A DNA stretch of 64,000 nucleotides from the NCBI GenBank assembly GCA_963677495.2, contig CAXXOU010000001.1, positions 448,001 to 512,000 on the forward strand, given 5' to 3'. Source of the stretch: Candidatus Cloacimonadales bacterium. GTDB lineage: Bacteria; Cloacimonadota; Cloacimonadia; Cloacimonadales; JAFGVF01. Within the stretch, counting starts at the first letter, position 1; the number at the start of each line of letters is the position of its first letter. Below, piece after piece: positions 28,587 to 38,670 of this stretch. The notes under the pieces were generated by a model that was not told the DNA's origin, made no database searches, and worked only from the letters and a program-made list of their open reading frames with translations. Position numbers and translations under genes: made by a program.

Positions 28587-31166
28587 CTATTTCATCAAAA
28601 CCATCTTCTTGGTTTTAGTATATGTCTCTGATTGCAGCTTATAGAAGTAAATTCCACTTGGATATTCTTTCGCATCCCAGATTATGCAATGGTTCCCTTG
28701 CTTCATCTCATCATTTACCAATGTCTCGATTAACTGTCCTTTCACATTATAGATATCAAGTTTAACATGAGCATTTTGTGCCATGTTAAAGCTGATAGTT
28801 GTCTCAGGGTTGAATGGATTTGGATAGTTATTGTGCAATGTTATAGCTGATTCAATAACAGGTTGCTCATTATCTTCATTATCTACAGTGCCAATCATCA
28901 TTATATCGTCTACCATTAGCATCATACCTTGTGGGGAAACATGGTGTATCGCAACTCGGATAATCTGGTCGCAGTATGCAGATAAATCAAAGGAATATTG
29001 AGTCCATGCTTCCGGTACACCTAAAGGTTCATTGCCACTTATGACTGTAAAATCATCAGGATTAATACTCCCATTCGAAATACAGAACTCGATCTGCTCC
29101 AAACCTAACTGATTAGAGTATGGCCGAATTATATAACTAATATATGGCTCATCTCCGTATCCGGTATTAGTACCTAAATGTATAGGCCTTGTTATCAACC
29201 AGTTGTCATTGCCACTCGAAACAGAACTCAATGCCGCAGCATATTTATTTCCACTATAGGCATCTGCATTTTGAAGAGGAGGTGTTGTAGAATCAGGATT
29301 AAATATTATAAAGGACATAGGACTGTTCTCATCAGGGAAACTGCCCAAGCCCCCGAAGGACATAGTATTTTCTCCATCTCCATCAATTGTAACCCAATCT
29401 CCGAAGGTTGTACTAAAATCATCGTAGTCCTCGAAATCTTCATGGATTGGAGGTTCTGCAATGTCTACAAATGTAACTATAACTGAATCACAAGGTTCAC
29501 TTTCCAGGAAAGCAGGTTCGGTGATAAATGCCGTTACTTTATATTCGTAAAGTTGTTCTTGGATAAGGTTTTCTTCTGGGTCAAAGTAGTAGTTCTCATT
29601 AACAGGTTCTGTATTTATCTGCACATCATCCCGATAAACATTATATAAAACATCTTCAGAATTTATATCTTCTTCCCAAGACAGCTCTATCCCATTATAT
29701 ATAATCTCACAGTTAAGGTACTGAGGAGGAAGTATAGATGGTAAAAAAGGATCCACATCCAACCAAAGCTGGTAATCACAAATTTCTACTTGTGTCTGTC
29801 TATCTCTATTCAGGTTCTCCACTTTGATATAGTAGTATCCATCTGCGTAAATACTTGCTTCAATTTCCCAAGGTTCAGCTAAATAATCGATAAGAGTTGG
29901 TACATTTTCATCAATAATTGCATTATTTACAGTATATGGCCCAAAGGCAGTGACAAGGAAGTCCATTTGAGAGTTCAAATCGTTTATTACTTCTACACTG
30001 AATGTAGCAGTATATGGAGCCCAGCACACATACCAATCTATATCATTATCAGGAACGATAACTCCTCTGGTTCCCCATAATTGTGTGTCCAGAAATGTCG
30101 CAGTGTCGGAAGAATCGTTCCCATCTGGCTCATATCCATAACCTTCTATCGTTATAACTTCTACAGCTGAATGTCCTTCCTCTGTGAACTCAATTTCTGC
30201 ATATTTATGTCCGGGACTAGTAGGTGTAAAATCAACAAAAAGTGAGATTGAATCCATGGCTGGTATTGCAGTCGGATATATATTATTATCATACATGTTG
30301 AAAAGGTCTGAATCATTACCTGATAACTCTAAAGGATTATTTATCGTTACAGTCTCTGCTCCAGGATTGTAGAAAACAATCTGACTTTGATTGGAAGTAG
30401 TATTAACATCAACAACGCTAAAATCAATTGTATCATTGTATACAAGTGGGCCATGTGCACTTTGGGAAGTAGTAAACGACCATACAGGGCAATCCCAAGC
30501 GTCTCCAAATAGAGAGTTATAAGGGGTAATCTGCCAGTAATACGTTTCATCATTTGTTAGCTGATTACAGTTGTATTGGAACGATAATCCCAAATCCAGC
30601 ATATCGACTATGTTTGTTGGGGGGTTATCTGTACCAATCGAAATCTTATAACCTTCATTTGTGATACAATTTCCCCATTCAAACTGTACTGGAAGTGCAA
30701 TCTCAGTTGTGTTGTTTTGAGGGTAAATAGGTGCAACTGGTAAAGGCCAAGGACCTGGTACGCTACCCAAAAAAATCGGAGTATAAGTCGGATCCCATAA
30801 ATCAACTCCTGCACTAGTAAGCGTAATATCCAAATATGTACCATCACCAGTTGATAGTTTCTCTATATAGATAGAAACAACCTGCCCGGGAGCCCAAGGA
30901 TTGGTAAAATCAGCACATTGGATTTGTAGCATGGACATATCACCGGATGGACCTGTTATGGATGGGTAAAAAGCTGTGCTGAAAGAGGTTATTTCATTTA
31001 GTACATCCCCCGGAAATTCATTTACTCTTTCAGCTTCCCAATGTAAATCCTCTTCAGCGATTGTATTGCCTTCTGAATCAACAAACCCAATAATTACAGA
31101 ATGTGGTTGTGCTGATACTATTGCAATCAATAACGCGAATAATGCTAAAAACAGTCCCTTTTTCAT
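28587..31166 (-). CDS. Secreted paralog with ASH/Ig-like, PPC-like, FN3 and cleaved-adhesin domains and CTD
   Basis: N-terminal ~230 aa are similar to the adjacent gene; CTD; RBS GGAGG. Confidence 0.82.
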   Translation of the reverse strand: MKKGLFLALFALLIAIVSAQPHSVIIGFVDSEGNTIAEEDLHWEAERVNEFPGDVLNEITSFSTAFYPSITGPSGDMSMLQIQCADFTNPWAPGQVVSIYIEKLSTGDGTYLDITLTSAGVDLWDPTYTPIFLGSVPGPWPLPVAPIYPQNNTTEIALPVQFEWGNCITNEGYKISIGTDNPPTNIVDMLDLGLSFQYNCNQLTNDETYYWQITPYNSLFGDAWDCPVWSFTTSQSAHGPLVYNDTIDFSVVDVNTTSNQSQIVFYNPGAETVTINNPLELSGNDSDLFNMYDNNIYPTAIPAMDSISLFVDFTPTSPGHKYAEIEFTEEGHSAVEVITIEGYGYEPDGNDSSDTATFLDTQLWGTRGVIVPDNDIDWYVCWAPYTATFSVEVINDLNSQMDFLVTAFGPYTVNNAIIDENVPTLIDYLAEPWEIEASIYADGYYYIKVENLNRDRQTQVEICDYQLWLDVDPFLPSILPPQYLNCEIIYNGIELSWEEDINSEDVLYNVYRDDVQINTEPVNENYYFDPEENLIQEQLYEYKVTAFITEPAFLESEPCDSVIVTFVDIAEPPIHEDFEDYDDFSTTFGDWVTIDGDGENTMSFGGLGSFPDENSPMSFIIFNPDSTTPPLQNADAYSGNKYAAALSSVSSGNDNWLITRPIHLGTNTGYGDEPYISYIIRPYSNQLGLEQIEFCISNGSINPDDFTVISGNEPLGVPEAWTQYSFDLSAYCDQIIRVAIHHVSPQGMMLMVDDIMMIGTVDNEDNEQPVIESAITLHNNYPNPFNPETTISFNMAQNAHVKLDIYNVKGQLIETLVNDEMKQGNHCIIWDAKEYPSGIYFYKLQSETYTKTKKMVLMK

Positions 31167-31287
31167 CTCAACCTCCCAATATAATCAGAGTTAATGAATA
31201 AATGTAATAAGTTATATAAACTCAATAATTTGCGCTATTTCTTCATCTGTCAAGGATATTATTTTCTATTACAGCAATCCCTTTTTT

Positions 31288-31336
31288 AGGGAATTTTGTC
31301 ACGACCAATGGGAGAACGGACTTCCTAAGGAGAACT
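31288..31336. repeat. Partial copy of the cassette at 20226
   Basis: AGGGA.TTTGTCA-N9-GGAGA.CGGACTTCCTAA is shared with 20226-20265. Confidence 0.65.
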
Positions 31337-31420
31337 ATGCCAACTTATCCGATCAGGGTGATCGGTTGATCTCCCCAGATCGTCAAATTTCAGCAAGCAA
31401 TTTGGCAAACTCCACTTTAT

Positions 31421-31646
31421 CCCTCCCCATTCAATAGCAAATACTCAAGAATATCTCAGTTATCCACAACATGTGTGACTAACTTGATGCTTTAATCAAG
31501 TGAGTATCAAGAGAGTATCAGGTGTGATCAAGTGTCTATCAAGAATTGAATGGGGGCAAATGGAGTTCGAACCTACCGGAGGTCTTACAAATAACCGGGT
31601 AAACCACGCCTAAACGTCGGGAGCCGTGGTTAACCCGTTGTCAAGT
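31421..31646 (+). repeat. Composite 11-bp-array element, copy C (core ATCAAG)
   Basis: Inverted ends CCCCATTCAAT / ATTGAATGGGG; ATCAAG-like units at 31495, 31506, 31517, 31527 and 31538; second module TACAAATAACC...CCACG/CGTGG. Confidence 0.9.
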
Positions 31647-31692
31647 ATGCCAGATTTATGTATGATCTGATATTGATTAAACTCTCATCCCT

Positions 31693-31820
31693 CTATCATA
31701 ATAAGTGAACGAAAGTTGTCTAATTTCTGGGAGTCTCTTGGGCCTTCCTGGTGATGAAACACAAGAAAGTGCTAAGATTTGGAGTAGCAAAGCATCTAAA
31801 TTCATGTCTTATTATGATGG
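31693..31820 (+). ncRNA. Candidate structured RNA upstream of the Mbx operon (family unknown)
   Basis: 13-bp closing stem CTATCATAATAAG/CTTATTATGATGG enclosing four possible hairpins, including AAC-GAAA-GTT. Confidence 0.35.
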
Positions 31821-32218
31821 AGCAATGATAGGGGTGTGAATTGGATTTGATTGCGCTAGCTGTCACCATAGCGACCAAGGGGAGTTGGGTGAATAGCGAT
31901 ATTTTGCAAGACTTCATAATTATGAGTCCAATTCGTGAAATCAGCAAGAAAAAAGAAAAAGCTGAAATCATACAAATAGAGAAGGATATGAATAGTATGA
32001 AAAACAAAAGTAAACATATATTTTGCGCAATAAGTGAATAATTATTCAGTCCCTTCTTACCCTCTTGGAATGCACGTCAATCGAATATATCGAGTATAAT
32101 TACTGATATGAAATGTTTTATATGAAAGAAACAATACCTTGACAAATAATTTGCTAAAGTGCTTTATTTCTGCATCTTATAATAAACTAAATGCACCGAA
32201 TATAATGCAGGAGGATAA

Positions 32219-32713
32219 ATGAAAAGAATAAAATCGGGAATAATACTATTCCTATTACTCTTTCTTTTCTGGGTACTTTTAGCAGGAACAGGACGCAATG
32301 AAATAATCGTAGGTGGATTGATATCTGCCGTATTATCGTTACTATTTTCACCAAGAGTTAGCAAAATGGGTTGCCTAAAACTTAACCCCAAAGCTATCTT
32401 TTTCATGTTCCTCTATATCCTAGTCTTTTTTAGAGAGCTTATTAAAAGCACTTTCGATGTAGCACGGAGAGTTATTTCCAAGAACCTACCAATTAATCCC
32501 GGAATTGTAAAAGTCAAAACCAAGTTAAGTTGTCCAGTGGGCAGAACCATCTTAGCTAACTCAATTACTTTAACTCCCGGAACCATGACAGTAGAAACCA
32601 AAGGGGAATATTTCTATATTCATTGGATTGATATTCAAAGTGACAATATTCAAGAGGCAACAGAATCAATAGTTTCAACTTTTGAGAAATACTTGGAGGT
32701 GATCTTTGAATAA
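32219..32713 (+). CDS. mnhE: Mrp antiporter subunit E (MbxA-like)
   Basis: INPGIV; LANSITLTPGT. Confidence 0.93.
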   Translation: MKRIKSGIILFLLLFLFWVLLAGTGRNEIIVGGLISAVLSLLFSPRVSKMGCLKLNPKAIFFMFLYILVFFRELIKSTFDVARRVISKNLPINPGIVKVKTKLSCPVGRTILANSITLTPGTMTVETKGEYFYIHWIDIQSDNIQEATESIVSTFEKYLEVIFE

Positions 32714-32975
32714 CATAGCATTTCTAATTTTTCAGATAGCTTTCATGATTGTGGGATTAGCTTTAGTTTTTGCCTTTATCCGCTTGATTAAAGGACCCAC
32801 TTCTGCAGATCGAGTCGTTGCTTTAGACGCAATGACTATTTCGGGTATATCACTAATCGTGTTTATAGCATTAAATGCAAATAGAATCATCTACTTAGAT
32901 GTGGCGATGGTTTATGCCCTAATCAGTTTTTTAGGTGTTATCGCAGTAGCACGTTACTTGGAAGGGGGATTATAA
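32706..32975 (+). CDS. mnhF: Mrp antiporter subunit F
   Basis: RLIKGPTSADRVVALD; YLDVAMVYALISFLG. Confidence 0.93.
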   Translation: MNNIAFLIFQIAFMIVGLALVFAFIRLIKGPTSADRVVALDAMTISGISLIVFIALNANRIIYLDVAMVYALISFLGVIAVARYLEGGL

Positions 32976-33307
32976 TGCAAATATTAGGGGCAATCATATC
33001 TCTCATTGGTTCAATATTTATCTTTCTTGGTGCCTTGGGTGTACTTAGGATGCCGGATGTCTATAACAGAATGCAGGCGGGAACAAAAGCAACAACCCTC
33101 GGGTCTATGTTAACCCTGCTTGGAATTGGGATAGCAATACCTAGTTGGTTAGGAAGAATTGTTATACTTATAGTTTTCATTCTCTTAACCAATCCTATCA
33201 GCTCCCATGTCTTGGCTAGAGCGGCTCATTTTACAGGGATAAAGCTTACCGATAAATCGATAAAAGATGACTTAAAAGATGATGAAGAAGGAGATAGTAA
33301 TGTATAG
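32975..33307 (+). CDS. mnhG: Mrp antiporter subunit G
   Basis: RMPDVYNRMQAGTKATTLG; TNPISSHVLARA. Confidence 0.93.
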   Translation: MQILGAIISLIGSIFIFLGALGVLRMPDVYNRMQAGTKATTLGSMLTLLGIGIAIPSWLGRIVILIVFILLTNPISSHVLARAAHFTGIKLTDKSIKDDLKDDEEGDSNV

Positions 33308-33554
33308 CACAATCATTATTATAATCCTGTCGGTTGTGAGTGTTTGGGCGGCTATCTATGCTGTATTAGCAAGGAAACTTATAAATGCAGTTATAGCAAC
33401 CGGCGTAATAAGTTTAAATGCTTCAATCATCTTCCTTTTCTTAGCATCTCCTGATGTTGCGATGACAGAAGCATCAATAGGCTCAGCCTTAACAACAGTT
33501 GTGTTTCTTTATGCACTTAAGCAGATAAAGAAGTTCGATAAGGGGGAAAAATGA
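33300..33554 (+). CDS. MbhD/MbxD-like subunit (DUF4040)
   Basis: ASPDVAMTEASIG; RBS GGAG before the ATG at 33300. Confidence 0.88.
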   Translation: MYSTIIIIILSVVSVWAAIYAVLARKLINAVIATGVISLNASIIFLFLASPDVAMTEASIGSALTTVVFLYALKQIKKFDKGEK

Positions 33555-34240
33555 TTCGCTATATATTGATTATACTTGTCCTTATTGGATTTGGTTTAAT
33601 CTTCTATCCCTTAGCTACAGCTAACAACTCAGAGATGAGCATGCTCTCACAGGAGTATGTAGTTAAAAGTGCCTCTGATCTTAATATACCCAATGTTGTA
33701 ACAGCTATTGTGGTAACCTTTCGAGGTTTAGACACACTTGGAGAAGTAACAGTTCTGTTTCTTGCCACAGCAGGAGTTGGTTTCTTACTAAAGAAGAAGG
33801 AGAAGAAGGACTGTATGAAAAGGGATGGTTCGGAGATTATCAAGACAGCATCAGGAATTCTTACTCCAACGATAATCCTGTTTGGGATTTATATTTTTGC
33901 ACATGGACATCTAACTCCCGGAGGAGGTTTCCAGGGTGGGGTTGTCATAGCATCAGCTTTCCTCTTGCTAATTATGGCTTTTGCAAACTTTAAGATGTCT
34001 CATCTTCTTATACACATAACAGAATCGCTATCAGGTCTTACGTACGTACTGATAGGTATTGCCGGGATAGCATTGCTTGGTGTGAATCACTTTCTTGATC
34101 CATTATGGTTAAAACCCGGAACTTGGGGCGACTTGATCTCCGGTAGTGCAATCCCAATAATATACAGTTTGATCGGTATAAAAGTTGGAGCAGAGATGTC
34201 CAGTTTACTGGATTCTCTCAAAATGGAGGTGGATGAATGA
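33551..34240 (+). CDS. mnhB: Mrp antiporter subunit B
   Basis: PNVVTAIVVTFRGLDTLGE; HGHLTPGGGFQGG. Confidence 0.93.
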   Translation: MIRYILIILVLIGFGLIFYPLATANNSEMSMLSQEYVVKSASDLNIPNVVTAIVVTFRGLDTLGEVTVLFLATAGVGFLLKKKEKKDCMKRDGSEIIKTASGILTPTIILFGIYIFAHGHLTPGGGFQGGVVIASAFLLLIMAFANFKMSHLLIHITESLSGLTYVLIGIAGIALLGVNHFLDPLWLKPGTWGDLISGSAIPIIYSLIGIKVGAEMSSLLDSLKMEVDE

Positions 34241-34608
34241 TAGTTTCAATACTTGGTTTTATCCTCATTCTTATAGGCATCTGGGCTATGCTGACCAGAA
34301 AGAATATCATTAAAATTATTATTGGTTTTGCTATCGCTGATACAGGTGTAAATATCGTGATCGTGGCTTTGGGTTATCTTAAGAGTAAAACAGCTCCAAT
34401 AATTGATAGTGCTGTCAGTGGTAACAGTGGATTATCAGCAGGTGTAGAAGCTGTTGGTCAGGTTGTTGATCCAATCCCTAGTGCTTTAGTTCTTACTGCG
34501 ATTGTGATAGGATTAGCTGTTACAGCGTTGATGTTAGCGTATGCAGTAAGATTATACAAAGTTAGTGGAACCTTGGAAATCGATAAGTTTAAGGAGCAAA
34601 AATGGTAA
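34237..34608 (+). CDS. mnhC: Mrp antiporter subunit C
   Basis: DPIPSALVLTAIVIG. Confidence 0.93.
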   Translation: MIVSILGFILILIGIWAMLTRKNIIKIIIGFAIADTGVNIVIVALGYLKSKTAPIIDSAVSGNSGLSAGVEAVGQVVDPIPSALVLTAIVIGLAVTALMLAYAVRLYKVSGTLEIDKFKEQKW

Positions 34609-37600
34609 ATCCTATCTATTTAATAGCAATGTTCCTATTCTCAGCATTTTTGATTGCGCTTACTGATAAAGTAAACAGAAAGCTAAGCTTTGGTCTATTC
34701 TATCTTACTTTAACCGGAGGGATAGTTTTAACAATCTTTAGGTTCTTAGAATTGTCGGGAGCAAGTGATATCCAGAATGTTGTCTATACTGCCGGTTTCA
34801 AAGCTCCGCTTTCAATAGTTCTGAGCTTTGGGATTAAAGAAACTGTAATGTTGATGTTTATTAACCTTGCCGGTTTACTATCAGGAATCTATTTCTTCCA
34901 AGAGTTCAAAGATAATGTCTATCAACCTTTAGCGTTATTTATGCTTATCTTGTTGGGAGCAAATGGTCTCGTGATGACACGTGACATATTCAATACATTT
35001 GTATTCTTAGAGATAATATCTATAGCTACTTATGCACTCATTGGAGTTAAGGGAACCAAAGAATCTCTGGCAGCTGGTTTCAAATATATGATGGCAGGAG
35101 GGATCGCAAGTTTACTTCTTCTACTTGGTATTATTTTTGTGTATAAGTATACAGGAACCCTAAATCTGGACTATTGGATATCAGCTAATATTGAGATGAG
35201 CCAAGGTTATCAGATTGCAATCTTCATGTTGATAATGGCAGTGATTATTGAACTCAAGCCTTTCCCTGCGAATGGATGGGCACTTGATATCTATCAATCC
35301 ACTCATCCTGGAATGGGAGCTATAATCTCATCTATTAATACAGGTGCATTACTATTCCTACTCTACAAACTAATACCTGTGATTCCTGAGAATATGCTTA
35401 CACTTATCTCGATGACAGGTTTGTTCAGTTTTATATTATCTAATCTTGTCGCTTTGAGGCAAAATGATGCAGGTAGACTATTAGGTTACTCATCAACAGC
35501 CCAAACAGGCTTAATTATCTTCGTTTTGACCGGACTAACTAAGATGAATGTTCCGACTTATACCATTGAGATTATGGCGTTAGGCCTATTCGTTACCAAT
35601 CTGTTTGCCAAGACAGGACTTTTCTGGTTGAAAGGAGTAATTGGAACAGTAGATATCAAAAGATGGAGTGTCTTACGTGTAAATCCTTTCCTTCTGATTA
35701 TGTTCATTATCTTCGGGTTAGCACTAGCAGGACTTCCTCCTTTCCCTGCCTTTACAACAAAATGGGAGATTGTGAAAGCTTTGGCACAATCTCAAAGCTG
35801 GTGGCTTGTAACTTCCCTATTGATTGGTTCATTGCTGGAAGCTACCTACATTTTCCGTTGGTTTGGGTACACCCAGAAGGGTAGTCTTGTTAAGACATCA
35901 TTCAATGATGCTTTCTCAACTATAATACCAGTCGCAATATCAGGATTGATGATGTTCCTGTTTGCTCTGTTTACAGGAGTAGTGAACTATAAATGGGATA
36001 TGGTTACTCTATTGCCGATAGTTGCATTGTTAGTCTTTGCAATCTTAGACCCGTTACCATTGAAACTTAAGGGTTTCTTAGCGATAGCGATACTCGGTGT
36101 ATGGGCTTGGAAGGTTGTTTATCCTTCTCTATCCGGAATTGGTTACTTTTTCGGAATAATCTTAGTTGCCGGAAGTATCATACAGATATTTGGGTTTATA
36201 CATCACAAGCAAAACAGGCGTGGTTTATTCCCACTTCTTACAATGTTGATAGTAGCTTTAGGAAATCTATTGCTTGCTCACTCAAAGATGGATTTCTTCA
36301 TTGCTTGGGAAATGATGACCTTAGCAGGATACTTCATGATAATGCGAGGGGAAAAAGCTGAGAAACCGGGACTGAGATTCATGGTATTCTCACTAGCAGG
36401 AGCTTATGCAATTCTAACAGGATTGAATCTAATACCTGATACAGGATTAACTACACCTTTCTACCAACAGGTTTCTCATACAAGTATTGGACTTCTACCT
36501 GTTATCCTACTCGGCATAGGATTTCTTCTGAAGATGGGAGCTATTGGTGTTCATATCTGGTTACCCGGAGCATATGCAGAAGCTGAAGATGAGTTCACAG
36601 CTGTACTCTCATCAGTATTCTCAAAGACAGGTGTACTTGGTTTATTCTTTGTACTTGTAATGGGTAAAGATACTTTCCTTAAGAGCGTATATTTACCTCA
36701 TATCCTAAGTTGGATAGGTGTACTAACAGCTTTCTTCGGAGCTCTAATGGCTGTGTTCCAGGAAGATGTTAAGAAGCTTTTAGCCTACTCAAGTATGGGG
36801 CAGTTGGGATACATAATTCTTAGCTTTGCTACATTCTCGCATCTTGGCTGGACTGCTGCTCTCTATATGACAATGAATCATTTCCTTTTCAAGGTTCTAA
36901 TTCTTATGGCAATAGCCGGAGTTCTATATAGAACCAAGACACGCTGGATGTATGAGATGGGTGGGCTTATAAAGAAAATGCCTATCTCCTTCATTAGTGT
37001 CTTGATGGGGATTATTGCAGTTTCAGGTGTTCCGCCACTAAGTGGATATGGAGCTAAATGGCTGATATATACATCTTTGATTGCTAAGGGCTTTTACCTT
37101 CAAGCCGGTTTAGCTTTCTTCTCTGGTGCTGTATCTTTCCTTTACCTATACAAACTGATTCATACAGTTTTCTTAGGTCAAGCTAAGACAGCACATAAAG
37201 ATGTTAAAGAAGCTCCTATCTGGTTACTGATTCCTCAAGGAATTTTCATAATGTTAATTATGGGTATATCGATGTTCCCTAATATGATTACATTCCCAAT
37301 TTCAGGCATTGTAGATAGCTACATCGCAAGACCGGACTGGTTAACTTGGGATGGTTATAGCTTCACACTACAATCAGAGATTCTTTCAGGGAAGTGGGAT
37401 GGTAACACTGTAATGATGGTTACGATGGGTGTATTTATGCTTCCCCTACTATGGTTGCTTGCAATAAAAGGCAAGGTAAATAGAGTTAAGCAACTTAACA
37501 TTGTCTTCGCTGCTGAACGTCCTTTAAAACCTGAAACGACTCATTTTGCTCACAACATGTTTGCACCATACAACAAAGCCTTGGGATTCCTTGTTGATCC

Positions 37601-37751
37601 ACGTGCCACACAATTCTGGAACAGGATACGTGAAGGAGTGAATTCAATAGGAGCAATGTTTGCACACATATACACCGGTGATGGGCAAACATACTTATTA
37701 CATATTTTCCTATATATTTTGGGCCTGTATTTTCTTGGAGGTATAAGATAA
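34602..37751 (+). CDS. Fused double proton-antiporter subunit (MbxH-MbxH'-like, MrpD/MrpA family)
   Basis: Two antiporter modules: FVFLEI..RLLGYSS..GLPP and FIAWEMM..KKLLAYSS..GVPP. Confidence 0.9.
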   Translation: MVNPIYLIAMFLFSAFLIALTDKVNRKLSFGLFYLTLTGGIVLTIFRFLELSGASDIQNVVYTAGFKAPLSIVLSFGIKETVMLMFINLAGLLSGIYFFQEFKDNVYQPLALFMLILLGANGLVMTRDIFNTFVFLEIISIATYALIGVKGTKESLAAGFKYMMAGGIASLLLLLGIIFVYKYTGTLNLDYWISANIEMSQGYQIAIFMLIMAVIIELKPFPANGWALDIYQSTHPGMGAIISSINTGALLFLLYKLIPVIPENMLTLISMTGLFSFILSNLVALRQNDAGRLLGYSSTAQTGLIIFVLTGLTKMNVPTYTIEIMALGLFVTNLFAKTGLFWLKGVIGTVDIKRWSVLRVNPFLLIMFIIFGLALAGLPPFPAFTTKWEIVKALAQSQSWWLVTSLLIGSLLEATYIFRWFGYTQKGSLVKTSFNDAFSTIIPVAISGLMMFLFALFTGVVNYKWDMVTLLPIVALLVFAILDPLPLKLKGFLAIAILGVWAWKVVYPSLSGIGYFFGIILVAGSIIQIFGFIHHKQNRRGLFPLLTMLIVALGNLLLAHSKMDFFIAWEMMTLAGYFMIMRGEKAEKPGLRFMVFSLAGAYAILTGLNLIPDTGLTTPFYQQVSHTSIGLLPVILLGIGFLLKMGAIGVHIWLPGAYAEAEDEFTAVLSSVFSKTGVLGLFFVLVMGKDTFLKSVYLPHILSWIGVLTAFFGALMAVFQEDVKKLLAYSSMGQLGYIILSFATFSHLGWTAALYMTMNHFLFKVLILMAIAGVLYRTKTRWMYEMGGLIKKMPISFISVLMGIIAVSGVPPLSGYGAKWLIYTSLIAKGFYLQAGLAFFSGAVSFLYLYKLIHTVFLGQAKTAHKDVKEAPIWLLIPQGIFIMLIMGISMFPNMITFPISGIVDSYIARPDWLTWDGYSFTLQSEILSGKWDGNTVMMVTMGVFMLPLLWLLAIKGKVNRVKQLNIVFAAERPLKPETTHFAHNMFAPYNKALGFLVDPRATQFWNRIREGVNSIGAMFAHIYTGDGQTYLLHIFLYILGLYFLGGIR

Positions 37752-38662
37752 TGCAAGAACTAATGATAAAAATACTATATGCGTTTATTTCGCTAACTGT
37801 CGTTACTATCTGGGGTTTAACCCTTGGTGGAATGGTAAGAAAGATATATGCTCGAGTTCAGGGACGTATAGGTCCTCCTGTATGGCAACCATTCATTGAT
37901 ATTCTTAAGAACTATAGTGTCAGAACAGGTATTAACCATGGGATTATGTTCTACCTCGGTCCAGTCTTCAGAATCGCCGGAGGTATTGGAACATACATGT
38001 TCATACCGGTTATCTTTGAATCAGTCGTATTCTCAAACTTCTCTATAGCCGGTGACTTGCTTCTGGTTATGTACTTCATATTCTTTGGACAGCTCGGAAT
38101 GGCTCTGGGTGCCGGAGAAGGTGGACATCCATACTCATCTGTTGGTGTCAGTAGAGGTTTGGCTCAAATGACAGCCTTTGAGGTTCCTTTTGCTATATCG
38201 GTGATTAGTATTGCTATACAGTATCAAACTCTCAACATAACTTCGATAGTTGCTGCTCAGCAAGGTAGTATGTTAAACTGGACAATGATGACAAACCCCT
38301 TTGCTGTAATAGCTGCAATGATTTCCATGTTGGGAATGAATATGCATAATCCATTCTCAATTGTGATTGCACCGCAAGAGATACCGATGGGACCGCCTAC
38401 CGAATATCAAGGTGGATTCCTTAGTTTCCTTGCAACGAACAGAGGTATCTTCGCCGGGGCTAAGCTTGTCCTATTCATGAACCTATACTTTGGTGGTGCA
38501 ACTAACTTGTTCTCACTTATGATAAAGACTTTTACAATCTACATGTTTAGCGTAATCGTTGGTTCATCCTTCCCACGCTTTAAGACAGAGGATTCAATTA
38601 AATTTTTCCTCACTATTCCAACAGCTATAGCCTTATTGGGCTTGCTATATATCTATTTATAG
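37751..38662 (+). CDS. NuoH-like membrane subunit (MbxM)
   Basis: RKIYARVQGRIGPP.WQPF.D; APQEI..GP.TEY. Confidence 0.9.
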   Translation: MQELMIKILYAFISLTVVTIWGLTLGGMVRKIYARVQGRIGPPVWQPFIDILKNYSVRTGINHGIMFYLGPVFRIAGGIGTYMFIPVIFESVVFSNFSIAGDLLLVMYFIFFGQLGMALGAGEGGHPYSSVGVSRGLAQMTAFEVPFAISVISIAIQYQTLNITSIVAAQQGSMLNWTMMTNPFAVIAAMISMLGMNMHNPFSIVIAPQEIPMGPPTEYQGGFLSFLATNRGIFAGAKLVLFMNLYFGGATNLFSLMIKTFTIYMFSVIVGSSFPRFKTEDSIKFFLTIPTAIALLGLLYIYL

Positions 38663-38670
38663 GAGTGATA

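Noticed and set aside
31720..32041. ORFs 31720-32007(-) and 31841-32041(+)
   Set aside because: No recognisable motifs, alternative or weak starts, mutual overlap, and overlap with the candidate RNA structure.
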